Assembly (NCBI GenBank): GCA_043824495.1
Contig: JBDRSV010000024.1
Coordinates: 1-64,000, forward strand
Source of the DNA: Candidatus Aenigmatarchaeota archaeon
Lineage (GTDB): Archaea; Aenigmatarchaeota; Aenigmatarchaeia; QMZP01
Direction: 5' to 3'
DNA length: 64,000 nucleotides
Shown: positions 8,564 through 21,600 of the stretch, piece after piece
How positions within the stretch are numbered: the stretch's first letter is position 1
How the letters are laid out: the number at the start of each line of letters is the position of its first letter
Translations under genes and position numbers: made by a program
Notes under the pieces: generated by a model
The model's input: only the letters and a program-made list of their open reading frames with translations
The model's database searches: none
Told to the model about the DNA's origin: nothing

Positions 8564-11500
8564 TTATTTAACGGTTTTTGATTTTGATTCTTCGTCTTTC
8601 AATTTTTTCCACTTCTTTGCAACTTCTGCCCATTTGTCAAAATCTTCCTTTTTCTCGCTTTTATCTTCTTTTGGTTTTTCTTCAACTCCTTTTGTTTTCT
8701 CTTTTGGAGCTTCCTTTTCTGGTTTTACTTCTTTTTTGGTTTCTTTCCTTTCCTTATTTGTTGGTTCCTCTTTCTTAACTTCTGTTTTTCCCTTGTTTTC
8801 AGCTTTGTTTATCCTTTCTTCAAACTTCTTTTGAAGAAGCTCTTCCTTTTCTTCTCTTGTAAGTTTATCGTACTTCTTTCCCTCTTTATCTGATATCTTT
8901 TCTTCAACCTCTTTTGATATCTTATCCATTTTAGCTCTCTTCAGTATTTTAGAGAAAATGTTATCTTTGCCTTTGTTGTCCTTGATTTTGAACTCATAAA
9001 CATTATATATTGCTATCAAAGCTACTATTACTATAACAGCTATCACTAATGGTAGAGTGGAATCAACTTCTCTTCCGAGACATTGATTATTTTCACATCC
9101 CCATGGACATGTCTCACTAATCAACCACGAAGACCCTTCAGCATCACACTCATGAATATCATTTCCAATACATTTCAGTTCTCTTGGTTGACAAAGATCT
9201 GTTAGATCACAGTCTCCTGGGCATGTAACTAGGTTCTCACCGCTACCGAATTCACATACACCGTTTTCATCGCATGTAACACTAAGTTCTAATCCATCAG
9301 CATATATTTCTGTTAAACCGTCTTTCAAAACAGATTCATTGACACTACCATTTGTTTTATATGATATTATAATCTGTGCCCCCGGATCTATAGACTTCTC
9401 TGTGAATAGATATTCTGGATCTGTGTTCACAATTTCGTATCTATACTCAGATGATACAAATATTTCAGAAGATGAAGAAGCAAATTCTTTTGGTACTATG
9501 TCATAAATCATGAAATTTGTGAGCTTCTTATCTCCACTATAATCTAAAGAGATTACAAGTGTAGATTCGTCCTCTCCCGATGTCAGATGCTTAACTGCAT
9601 AAAAATCATTGACTATCTTCCTTGATACATCAGAAAGCCTCTCTATATAACTTGGATCTAGGGAAACTCCTAGTATTTTCTCAGAAGCATCCTGAAGAGT
9701 TGTACTTGTAAATATTGCATTACCTGGTTGGACATCTAATATCTGACTAGATTTTCTCACTGGTGTAGTATCTGTGGAGGATGAAGGAGGTATTATTATA
9801 GGAGGAATTGTGTCTGATGATGTTGTGTTAGTTGTACAAGAAGCATTTTCTGAAGGTTTATTATTATCATTTCCGCAAATATTTGTATCAGTACATGTTC
9901 TTGTGCCACATGTAGTGTTGCTCCATTCAGTGCAGTCCCAAGAAGTTGTACATATTGTGGTTGTGAAGCTTAGATCTTCAGATGTATTGAATTTATTGTC
10001 GTCAGTTGATCTCGTAACATAGAAATATGTGGTGTTTGCTATAAGGTCATCAAGCCGTATTACATGGAAAGTGACATCTGTTAAGTCTTGTCTTATATCA
10101 GGCGAACTCTGTTCCAAAGTTTCATAAATAACAGCAGAATCTGACAATTCAACTGTATTCCATGTGATAAGTGCAGAATCTTGTGTTACATTTGAATGAC
10201 TCACGTTGTATAGTGTTATGGTACTTATTCCTTCTGTAACATTCAAGTAATGAGTTTCTATTGAACTGGTGTGGTTTTCATCGCCTTCGAATATTCCCAT
10301 TACAGCATAATACCCATCAGGTGTAATAGTTGTTGTGTGTGACAAAGGTGTTTCATCAGATTGGTTTGTCCAATCTGGAATTTCTGTGTATAAAGACACG
10401 GTCCCTCCTGATACATTAACACTGACACTGAAAGTAATTTCTGATCCAACTTCTAAACTACTGTCTTCTCTATTGGAATCAAGTAGAGTGATAACTTCTG
10501 AAGGAGCTTTTCCTATATCCAAATAATATGTTCCAGCTGTTGTGTTACTTGTGTAATTCTCATTTCCAGTTGAATTTGCCGTGTATGCATAAACACCAGC
10601 AGCAAGTGGAGCAAAATCGGGATTGTTTACCATTTTTCCATTTCTGAAAAGACTAACATCTCCGCTCATGGATGTTGCTATCACATTGTTTGATCCATAC
10701 GTTGTGTCAACATCCTGGTCTAGAACATTGTTCAAGTAAATACTAATTGTATTGTTTGCTTTTTTTATTCTGTGTGTCTTGCTTGTTTCTGCGCCTGTGT
10801 AATTCTGAGTTTCTGTTGTGTTCATCACAAAATTATATTCAGCAACTCCCAAAGATGTACCAACTTCATTTTCATCTGTTATATCAACTCCATCTCTGTA
10901 AAGAGCCCCGTTAGATTCTTCACTATCACATATTCCTATAACAACAGTGTCGGTTCCATATTCAGCAGGAGATTCTGGTGTTATTTCTATAACACAATCG
11001 GTTTGAAACTTCTCTACTACATATGTAAATTGTGTTGTATAATTGTAACCATTTAAATTGCTACCAATCATCCTCCATGAGTATGTACCAGCAGCTAAGC
11101 TAAGCCATTCATAGTAATAATAGTTTCCAGAAGATTCTACAGAATAGTTTTGAGTCTCTCCTGAGAAGTTGTGTTCCATCAAAACAGTGTCTGCGTTTTC
11201 CCATGTAACACGGAATTCATAATTTTCTGTTTTCAAGTATTGACTCATATTGCTTGGTAATTCTATCACATTAGACCATACTGGTGGAGGATTTGGGATA
11301 ACGTTCAATGTTGAAGATGTAGATGCCGAACTGTGATTTTGTGTTTCTGTGTTATTACATGTGTAAATATGAGCTCCTAAACCAAGAAGTTGATACTCAG
11401 GGTTGGTTACAGGCATGTCATCTCTGTGTAATGTGAAATCAATGTCAATGTCATATGTACATTCAGCGGTTGTATTGGTTCCTTGAGTTATTGTGTCATA

Positions 11501-12592
11501 AGGCGATAGAGTGATTATTGGAGTTGGTGTAAATCGCTCAATAATAAACATTTCTTTGTCTGTGGCGTTCCAGTTATCATCAATATCTGATGCCCATGCT
11601 CTCCAATAGAATGAACCAGCTGGTAATACTGTACTATACGAGAAAGTGCTGCTTGTTTCATTGGTGGAATAATTAACAGGAGATCCTGACCAGTTACCTT
11701 CTATTAAAACAGATTCCAGAGAAGGATCAAACCATGTCACACTGAATTCGGAGACAAATGTTTCTGAATAAACTTCAGTTATGTTACTTGAAATAGATAG
11801 CCAATAAGGAGCTCCTAGATCTATTCCAGACTGAACAGAAAATGTTCCTAAAAATGCTGAATAGCATTCAGAATCACAAATGAAAGCAAAATAATCATTT
11901 ACACCGATATCAGATTCCTGTGCTACATAATCACATGATCCAGAAGTTTGGTTTTCTGTTTGGAAGCTGCATAGCTCATCAGTGCAAGAGACATTACTAA
12001 TTGAGTTTGTTCTGCATATATTGATTTGATTGATGCCCTCATCATCCCAGAAAACAGTGAATGTAGTAGCAGAATCGACATTAACAGGATCAGGTTCTAC
12101 AGTGACATCTGAAATGCCTCCAACTCCTGCTGGTGTTCTTGATGGTCCACACACTTCATCTACTTGACCATTACAATTATTGTCAATAGCATCACACACT
12201 TCTGTCTGTGGTCCTATACCACCAGCACAGTTTTCCCATTGACCCTCGAAACATGTTGTGATACCAGGTTGACAAATGCCTATATTGGATCCGCATGCTC
12301 TTGTTGTGCCCTCTTCACATACAATATTACAAACATTGGTCTCATCTATTTTTGCGTCACAATCGTCATCTATACCATTACATATTTCTTCTCTTGGATT
12401 AACGTCACCAATGCATTCTCCCCATGTATTATCATTACATGTCTGAAGACCAGATTGACAGATGCCTATATTACTACCACATGGTTTTATAGCTCCATCA
12501 TCACATACAGGAGCATCTTGGCTTGTTGTGGATCCTGCAATAGCTAGAATTAGCAAAATTAAAGTTATAGCTACGTATAACCCTCTTTTCAT
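8564..12592 (-). CDS. Large cell-surface protein A (1342 aa): signal peptide, Cys-rich EICNGIDDDCD (MopE-like) repeats, Ig/FN3-like modules, C-terminal TM and charged cytoplasmic tail
   Basis: Hydrophobic N-terminus, two E.C.x.D.DC.G..DE motifs, many N-x-S/T sequons, TM LPLVIAVIVIVALIAIY, Lys/Glu-rich tail. Confidence 0.85.
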   Translation of the reverse strand: MKRGLYVAITLILLILAIAGSTTSQDAPVCDDGAIKPCGSNIGICQSGLQTCNDNTWGECIGDVNPREEICNGIDDDCDAKIDETNVCNIVCEEGTTRACGSNIGICQPGITTCFEGQWENCAGGIGPQTEVCDAIDNNCNGQVDEVCGPSRTPAGVGGISDVTVEPDPVNVDSATTFTVFWDDEGINQINICRTNSISNVSCTDELCSFQTENQTSGSCDYVAQESDIGVNDYFAFICDSECYSAFLGTFSVQSGIDLGAPYWLSISSNITEVYSETFVSEFSVTWFDPSLESVLIEGNWSGSPVNYSTNETSSTFSYSTVLPAGSFYWRAWASDIDDNWNATDKEMFIIERFTPTPIITLSPYDTITQGTNTTAECTYDIDIDFTLHRDDMPVTNPEYQLLGLGAHIYTCNNTETQNHSSASTSSTLNVIPNPPPVWSNVIELPSNMSQYLKTENYEFRVTWENADTVLMEHNFSGETQNYSVESSGNYYYYEWLSLAAGTYSWRMIGSNLNGYNYTTQFTYVVEKFQTDCVIEITPESPAEYGTDTVVIGICDSEESNGALYRDGVDITDENEVGTSLGVAEYNFVMNTTETQNYTGAETSKTHRIKKANNTISIYLNNVLDQDVDTTYGSNNVIATSMSGDVSLFRNGKMVNNPDFAPLAAGVYAYTANSTGNENYTSNTTAGTYYLDIGKAPSEVITLLDSNREDSSLEVGSEITFSVSVNVSGGTVSLYTEIPDWTNQSDETPLSHTTTITPDGYYAVMGIFEGDENHTSSIETHYLNVTEGISTITLYNVSHSNVTQDSALITWNTVELSDSAVIYETLEQSSPDIRQDLTDVTFHVIRLDDLIANTTYFYVTRSTDDNKFNTSEDLSFTTTICTTSWDCTEWSNTTCGTRTCTDTNICGNDNNKPSENASCTTNTTSSDTIPPIIIPPSSSTDTTPVRKSSQILDVQPGNAIFTSTTLQDASEKILGVSLDPSYIERLSDVSRKIVNDFYAVKHLTSGEDESTLVISLDYSGDKKLTNFMIYDIVPKEFASSSSEIFVSSEYRYEIVNTDPEYLFTEKSIDPGAQIIISYKTNGSVNESVLKDGLTEIYADGLELSVTCDENGVCEFGSGENLVTCPGDCDLTDLCQPRELKCIGNDIHECDAEGSSWLISETCPWGCENNQCLGREVDSTLPLVIAVIVIVALIAIYNVYEFKIKDNKGKDNIFSKILKRAKMDKISKEVEEKISDKEGKKYDKLTREEKEELLQKKFEERINKAENKGKTEVKKEEPTNKERKETKKEVKPEKEAPKEKTKGVEEKPKEDKSEKKEDFDKWAEVAKKWKKLKDEESKSKTVK

Positions 12593-12611
12593 ATATATAA
12601 TATACGAGGGA

Positions 12612-12629
12612 AAGCTTAATTAATGTGAA
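12612..12629 (-). promoter_or_regulatory. Conserved 18-bp upstream element (TATA-like) of surface protein A
   Basis: AAGCTTAATTAATGTGAA on + strand, 20-37 nt upstream of the ATG; identical copy at 21674-21691. Confidence 0.55.
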
Positions 12630-12632
12630 GAA

Positions 12633-15600
12633 TCACCTAGAGCTCTTTCTTACTCTTCTACGTTTCTTTTTTATGTGATGCGTCTTTCCCCTCTGAGTCA
12701 AATAAACTCCAATCATGGCAAGAATCACGATTCCCACAAAGACAGGAATTATATAAGCAATATCAGGAGCTTCAGCACAAACATCACCAGAACAGCCGAC
12801 AGGGCAATGTTCTGTAGTGATCCATATTATATTTTCTGAATCACATATCTGAATATTATTATCTAAACAGCGTAGTTCGCCAGGAGTACATAAGTCTGCT
12901 AATTCACAATCTAGGCAATTGACCAAATTTTCACCAAGTTCTAATTCACACAGATCGTTTCCATTACAAATAGGAACAATCTCAGAACCTTCTGCATATA
13001 TTTCGGTCTTAGTGTCATTTATAAGAGAAAGATTTACCAAAGAATCTGCTGTGTAACTTATTATTATTTGGTCTCCCGGTGATATTTCATTATATATGAA
13101 AACATATTCAGGATCGTCTTTAACAATGCCATGATTTGCTGCATTTGGAGCATAAACTGTTATACCCTGAGAACTTGATGCAAATCCTTTTGGAATCTTC
13201 TCATATATTATGAAATTTTTCAGTTTTTCATCTCCTGTATACTCCAGGCTTGTCACAAGCTGCGATTTAGACTCGGTTACTGTTAGGTGCTGGATACCGT
13301 AGAAGCGGTTTACAATTAGCCTCGATGTTTCTACCAGCTTGTTTATATATTCCCTATGAAGCGTCAATAAACCCAATACATCCTGAGATGCATCTTGCAG
13401 ATTTTGATCATCTTGTATATCGATCCCAGGCTTTAGTAACAATTCCCTTGTCGCTTCAAATAAAACCTTATTTGTATCATTTTCTGGTTCCGTGCCTGAT
13501 CCTCCTCCGCCCCCTCCACCTCCTCCGGGAGGAGGGCAACTAAGTAATTCAGAAGGCTTGTCATCTTCAGTTCCACAATTATTAAGATCTGTGCAGGTTC
13601 TTGTTCCGCATGTAGAGCTGCTCCATCCAGAACAATCCCAATCCTCCAAGCACACACCTGAGCTATCTGTTGTGAAGTTAAATTCTGTAGAAGTGTTACA
13701 AAAACTTTCGGAATCGCATGATGTAATCGTATAAACATACGTCGTGTTGGGTAGTAAATTATCAAGTAAAATAATGTGGAATGGTGTGAGTGTTAAATTA
13801 AACTTGATATCACTAGGTACATTAAAAATTTCATAAATAACTGCTGAATCTGTTAGTTCCAATGTATTCCATGTGATAAGGGCAGTTGTATTTGTGACAT
13901 TTGAATGACTGATGTTATACAATGTTATTGGTGTCACACTTGCAGACACATTCATAAAATGGGATTCTGAACTTCCCGTGTAATTCTCGTCCCCGCCAAA
14001 GGAGCCTATGACAAGGAAATAGTCTTCTGTTACATTTGTTATATAATTCAATGGTGTCACACCAGATTGATTTGTCCAGTTTGGTAGTTCTGTATAAAGT
14101 GTTACCGTCTTGCCTGGAACATTAAGGATGACATCAAATGAAACGCCAGTATTTGCAGCTATCAGAGTGTCTCCTCTATTAGAATTTATTCTAGTTACAA
14201 TTTCTGTTGAATTTTTGTTTATGGTCAGATAATACATCAAGCCTGTTGTGTTATCTGTGTAATTCTCGTTTCCTGTTGAATTTGTCTTGTATTCATAAGT
14301 ACCAGTAGTCAATATTTTAGATCCAAATTCAGGGTTTGGAACAGCTTGTTCGTCCCTGAATAGGTTAGCTATACCTCCAGCTGATGTCCCTATAACATTA
14401 AACGGGTCCTCATAATTAATTGTTACATTCTGATTTAGGAAATTGTTGATGTATAAACTTACAGGGTTTTCAGCTTCATTTACTGTAACAGAGATATTGT
14501 CTGGTACTGCTGTATAGTTTTGCGTATTTGTTGCATTACAGACAAAGTCATACAGTCCTGCACTCAAATTTACAAAAATCCCAGAATCTCCAGTTCTGTT
14601 TACAGAATCTCTCCACAAGGTTCCAGGAAGAACATCACACGAACACGTAATATTCAGGTCAGTTCCATATGTCATAGTTGCTCCGGGTTCTGTTGTTAAT
14701 GTGCATGTAACAACACCTGGTGTCACCGTCAACCATCGTGTTGTGTCTGAACCAAAATAATTCGAATCTTCAAGTGTTATAGCAGTGTAGTTGTACACAC
14801 CAACTCCTAATACATCTACACCAGAGTTTATATCAGGATTTGAAACAATAGTTGAATTTCTGTACAGCATCACTGTGGTTCCAGGCGTGTATGCAGATAC
14901 ATTTGTCATGGTTGGATGCTGGATACTGATATCAGATTCTTGGTCATTTAAGAATAGCTGAGTTGTTGTTGGCGCTTTGCTGATGGCGAGTGTATTGGTC
15001 GCCTCTGTTGCTGTATAATTCTGCGTGCTCGTGGAATTACAAACATAATCATATGTTCCTGTATTTAAATTCTGTGTATCTGGATTGCTTACAAGTATGC
15101 CATCTCTATATAAATCAACAAAGACTTGACCTGAATCTGTGCAGTTGACAGATGTTTGTGTTCCATACACCTCTGACCACGAAGGCAAAGCAGAAAGGGT
15201 TAATACAGGTGTTGCTGCAGTTACTGTGTATGTCTGTATGATTGTGACATTCCAGCTGTCGAATATATCATTTGCATACCATCTATAGTTATAACTTCCT
15301 ACAGCTAATGAATTGATTAAGGAGAAGTATTCTGATCCGGCATTTAATGGTGTGTAATTAAATCCATCGAACTCAAAAATAACAGAATCAATAGCAGTAT
15401 CGTCCACCCATGTGATATTAAAGTAATGATCGTTTTCTGGTGCATACAGACTTGGCGATGTTACAATTCCAGAATATATTGGACTGGAAACATCTGATGT
15501 TGTGATTGTTATTCCTATCTGATTTGGTGTTCCAGTAAATCCAAGTGAATCATTGAAGTAAATTGTATACATCCAATATCCCAGTTCGCTTGTATTTACC

Positions 15601-18600
15601 CATATGTTCAAATTTGTATCATTTATCCACGGAGCCGTGGAGTTTTGTATTGTCCCGTTCCTTTCAACATAATAATAACCTGGGCCTACATTATCCTGAA
15701 GAATCCATCCTATTGTCTGGGAGATGTCTTGTACGTAAACAGCATCTCCAGGATTGTTTGATATTGGTGGTGTTGTGTCAACAGTAAGGTCAACACCTAT
15801 TTCTTGTTCATTTCCAGCTAAATCTCGTGCATAAAGAACAAGATGATGAGAACTGCCAGAAACTATTATTGTTGTGTTCCCAGATAAGCTGGTGTTTGAT
15901 CCAGAGTCTAAAGAATACCATGTAGAATCAATTCCAGATGTAGAATCTAAGCTGTTATATTCAAGTAGAAGACTTCCATTTGTATAGCTCGTATTCTGGG
16001 GCTCGAAGAGTACAACTGTAGGTGGAACAGAGTCAATCATCACAACGTCAGTTAGGTATTGGTTATTATTCGTAAAGTCAGTAGATCTTATCCTTACGTA
16101 ATTGATTCCTTGTTGTGTTACAGAGATTGATTCTCCGTCATCTGCTGGTACTGCTTGTGCACATGAGTTTGTCTGATCTATACAATAAAGTGTTGTTGGA
16201 TTCAAATCAATATTATCCATTTCTGTAACTAATAAAGTTTGAGTAGATTGCACCCAGGTATTATTATTTGTGTAATTAGTTAAGCTTGTTGGAGGAGTGG
16301 TATCAACTGTAAGTTTCCTATAACTCGTGTAGCTTGAGTTTGCATCTTGTGTAACACTCTTGACTCTCCAGTAATATGTTCCATCAATTAAAGGCGTTGA
16401 TGTATAATTAGTATTACTAACAACAGCACTCTGAGCCAATGTGATGAAGTTTGTTTCATCACTTATCTGAATCTCATAACTTAGAACGTCATTGTCTACA
16501 TCTGTTCCTGTTGTCCATGTAAATGTGGGTGTGTTATCACTTGTGTTCTGATTATCAGACAGCGAGATCAGAGCTGGAGCAGTTGGTTGTGTATCTATTA
16601 CAACAGCGGTGTTAGAAGAATTTTCCCAGGAAGAATTGTCATAACCATCAAACACCCTTTGAGAACAAATTATTGAATCGCCTTTATCCCCATTTCCAGG
16701 AAGACTCAAATCTAATGTCTGTTCACCAGATACATACACTCCTGAAACAAACCACATCCAGTATGCAGCTTGTTGTGTGTCTCCACTATCTGGATCAAAA
16801 AATATTCCAGAATTGCATACCAAAAGATCATTTGTCTGTGGTGATGTTGAATTCAAGGCGGGCGCAGTTATTAATAGTGGTGGTTGATTGACAATTATGA
16901 AAGAAAATTGAGCACTTCTATTCATGTTATTATTTGTGTTAAATGCATACCAGTAATAGGATACTGTATCATGGGGTGTTAAGTTCCCTGAGTTTAAAAT
17001 AATCTGGTAGACATCCCCAGCAGATGTCACTGTGTAGTTGATTGTGCTATTCCATTCGAAGTAGACCAAGCTTACGTTAACATCATTTGTTATTTTAATT
17101 TGTATGTCAACATCCTCATCCTCATTTGGCTGTAATGGAGATCTTATGTGACTTGAAAACTGCGGAGGTGAGCCTGCTAATACAGTTAACCAATGGGTTT
17201 CAAAACTTCCTGTATAATTCTGGTTGCCATTATAAATTCCTGTTATATTATGCAAACCAATACCTGGATTTGTGATGTTTTCCAATACTGACAAACCAGA
17301 ATCAAGTAACACATTATCTGCATAAATGAAGACTGTGTCAGCGAAACCAATATCTACAGTTATATTTACATATTCTCCGTCATCTATTGTCAGATTTCCA
17401 TCAGTATTATTCAGTAACAGGTTTATGTTTGTTAAGACTTGAGATACAGTAAGCGAATCAGTCACTTCATTAGTTGTGTAGTTCTGCGTAGCTATATTAT
17501 TACAAGTATAGTCATAACTTCCTCCACCAAGTGTCTGTATGTCAGGGGTACTCACAAAAACATAGTTCCTGTACAATTGTGCAGTTACTTCAGATTCAGC
17601 ATAAGAACAACTCATAGTAGTCTGAGTTCCATAAGTTTCTGAATTAGAAGGCGTAATTGTCAGAGTAGGAGTTGGATTTTCTTGACTCACGACATAACCC
17701 TGTCCATCAGAATTCCCTGTGTAATTCTGAGTATCTGTAGAATTCACCTCATAATAATGTGATCCAGCACCAAGAGAAACAGGAACACCATTCTCACTGT
17801 TTACAACAATCCCATTCCTGTACAAGTTATAACTTGTTTCAGGATTATTACAGCTGCCTGTTGCAGTTGTAGAAATACCGTATATTATTGGTGAAGCTGG
17901 TATTATGGTAAGAATACAACTACTGGAGTCCTTGTTCACAGTAAGCGAATCAGTCACTTCATTAGTTGTGTAGTTCTGCGTAGCTGTATTATTACAAGTA
18001 TAGTCATAACTTCCTGCAGCCAAATCTTGAATACTATCAGAATTACTTACAGGAACCCCGTTCCTGTACAATTGTGCAGTTACTTCAGATTCAGCATAAG
18101 AACAACTCACACTCCCAACATCACCATAAGTTGCAGGATTAGATGATATGTTTAGTGTAGGAGTCGGATTTGCTTGATTTATAGTCACAGAATTACTTAA
18201 TTCGGCAGCAGTATAATTCTGCGTAGCTGTGTTATTACAGACGTAATCATACACGCCAACTCCAAATACTTGTATGTCAGGATTAGCAATAAGAATATCA
18301 TTCCTGTACAACTGTGCAGTCACTTCAGATTCTGTATAGTAACAGGTTACGGCTGTTGGAGTTCCATATGGCTCTGAAGCTGAAGGTATAATAACCAAAG
18401 AAGGTGTTGGGATTGTTTTATTTATAGTCAACGTATTAGATGTCTCAGCAGTAGTATAATTCTGCGTAGCTGTATTATTACAAGTATAGTCATAACTTCC
18501 TGCAGCTAAAACTACAAACTGATTGTTTTCTGAAGTGACATCATCACTGTTTCTGAATAAGCTAACAACTACCTCATTATTATTCGCGTAACAACTCACA

Positions 18601-21600
18601 TTAACAGATGTGTTATAAACTACATTCCAATTAGGATTAATACCAAGGTTTAATACAGTAGCGCTTCTATTAACTGTCAAGAATCTTGTCATACTCTGTC
18701 CAGTATAATTCTCAGAGTCTGGATAAATATAACTATAGTTATAAATTCCAACACTTAGAGTTGTAATCTCTGGATTTGCAACAACACTGGAATCCCTGTA
18801 TAATACAGCAGAACCTTGTCCAATCTCTAACCATCCTGTTGCATTAGTCACCGCAGGATACGTGACACTCTTATCTGATTCTAAATCATCAAGAGCTAAA
18901 TGAATAGTGTGATCAGCCCTGTTTACAGTAAGAGAATCAGTTACCTCAGCTGCTGTATAATTCTGAGTTGCAGTATTATTACAAACATAATCATAAACAC
19001 CAGCAGCCAATACATTTATATCAGGATTACCAACCAACACACCATCCCTAAATAACTGCGGAGTAACTTCAGACTCCAGATACGAGCAACTTACAGTTGT
19101 CTGAGTTCCATAAGTCTCCGAATTGGATGGAAGAACAGACAAAGAGGGTGTTGGAGTTGCCTGGTTCACAACATACATCTGACTATCAGAAGCTCCTGTA
19201 TAGTTCTGCGTATCTGTAGAATTCATCTCATAATTATATGATCCCACACTCAAAGAAACAGCAACACCATTCTCATCATTAATCAAAATTCCCTCCCTGT
19301 ACAAGTTATAACTTATTTCAGAATTGTTACAACTTCCTGTTGCAGTTACACTAGGAATTGGGTCATATGTAGAAGGTGTTGGAGGTGTTATATTAAGTAC
19401 ACAACTACTCGAATCCTTGTTCGCAGTGAATGTCCAGCTATCTGTTACATTCAAATTTCCAGCAGAGTCATTGCTCCATGATCTCCAATAAAATGTCCCA
19501 GCTGGTAAATTAGTCTGATATGTATATGTGTCTCCTGTTGGTGTTGCTGAATAATTGTTTGTTCCTGACCAATTACCTTCAATATAAACAGCATCCACAG
19601 CTATATTATCTGTCCATGAAACATTGAATTCTGAAATAAACGTAGGTGAGTAAACTGCTGGCGTGTTACTCACATTATTAAACCAATATGGAGATTGCAA
19701 ATCTCCTGCAGGTTGGACATCAAATGTTCCGGATGTTGATGCAGAGCAATCATTAGAATCGTCGCACACAAATGCATAGTAATTATTTATTCCACCATCA
19801 GCTGCTTGTGTTATGTAAGCGCATGATTCAGGATCATTTGTTGTAAATACTGCAGAATCACACCAGCTTCCACCAGGGCATGATTGAGACACACCAGAAA
19901 TTGCATCAGTCTGGCATACGTATATCTGTATCTGCTCACCAGCATCCACATCATTCCAATCAACAGTGAATGTGATGCCATTACCTTCATCAACAGGGTC
20001 AGGAGAATCTGTCACACTAGTAATAGTCGGAGGATTGTTTGCTCCAGCTGGAGCAGTAGGCCATTCTACAACCTCCCAGCGCCCATTTTGAGTTTGCCCA
20101 TTATCTGAATACCAGAATTCTATTGTGCTTGTGTCAACCAAGCGAGCAGCGAATATGCCATGTGGAAAAGATGTTCCTGTGCCTGCTGAACGGTCATTGG
20201 CAAAGAGTGACGCTATTGTAAGATCAGATATAGGACCGTAATTGACATTAACTGTGCCGGGTTCTGCTCCCGTTCCTGGCTTAGTAAATGTTCCTCTCTC
20301 AACATTCATAGGCGTTCCACTTGCTTGTGTATTCTCTATAATCCATGCAACAGATGTATGTCCTGATGGTGTTCCTGATCCACTCTCAAGCTGGAAGCTG
20401 ACTTGATTAGCTGCTGACAACCACACTTCATGACCGAACTCATCAAGTCCCCTTAAATTCTCATCAACCCGTTTCTGGGAATGAATAAAGGCACGCGACA
20501 AGGAATTAACAGGGGTAATAGTTTCAGTCTCTGTTACTCCCGCAGCAGAATATGTATGCTCAACTCTCTGGACATTCCAATTTGATCCCGTGAATTCAAC
20601 TATTGCATATAAGACAGAGACAGCATCAGGCCCTGACACTGGAAGTGTCCCCCTCTGAAATCTCACAGTTGATGCATCATCAAAGCTGATAGAGCTTTGT
20701 TGGTTATGATAGTCATTCCTGCCGGTATCGGGATTTCTTATGCCTGTTACAAATCCCGCAAGATCATTCACATTTGCCACACCTGCTAATGCTTCAGTCT
20801 CGCTGTTCCCACTGGCTGCGAATGTATGAATGCCTTGTTTCCTGACAATGAATTCGTTTGAACCTCCTGGTGGCCCTGTGTATTCAACAATTTCCCATGC
20901 AATACGCGTGTTGGACGTAGCAGAGGAAGACCTGGTAATAACAATTGTTGTCGGTGAACTAAACTCAATAGTTGCAGTGACATCATCAGCATTCTGCGAA
21001 CCAGAAGTAGTTCTACCAGCTCCAGTGTGATGTGTGTTTGTAATCCTGACAAATGCATTTGAGAGTGAAGAAACTGCATCAAAGTCAGCTGGCGCAAATA
21101 ATAGCATACCAGTGACACTCATGGTAGCCACGCCTCTCTGAACTTTGAAATCATCTCCTGGTTGTGCTGCTGTTCTTGGAGGTTGTGAATCTGGTGATTT
21201 CGAAAGCGTGCATCCCTCATCCACAGAACCGTCACAATCATTATCTAAACCATCGCACATCTCAGTAAATGGTCCTATATCATCAATACATTCTGCCCAT
21301 TCTCCACCAACACAAGTTCTAATACCAGAAGAACAAACACCAACATTACTCCCGCATGGTTTGATTCTCCCGTTTGTGCATGTGAGTTGGACGCATACAC
21401 CACCCTCATCTACAAGACTGTCACAGTCGTCATCAAGACTATTACATACTTCTTCCTCTGGTCCTATATCATCAATACATTCTGCCCATTCTCCACCAAC
21501 ACAAGTTCTAATACCAGAAGAACAAACACCAACATTGCTCCCGCATGGTTTTATAACATCATCTATACATGTTGGAGCATTTTGACTTGTCGTGATCCCT

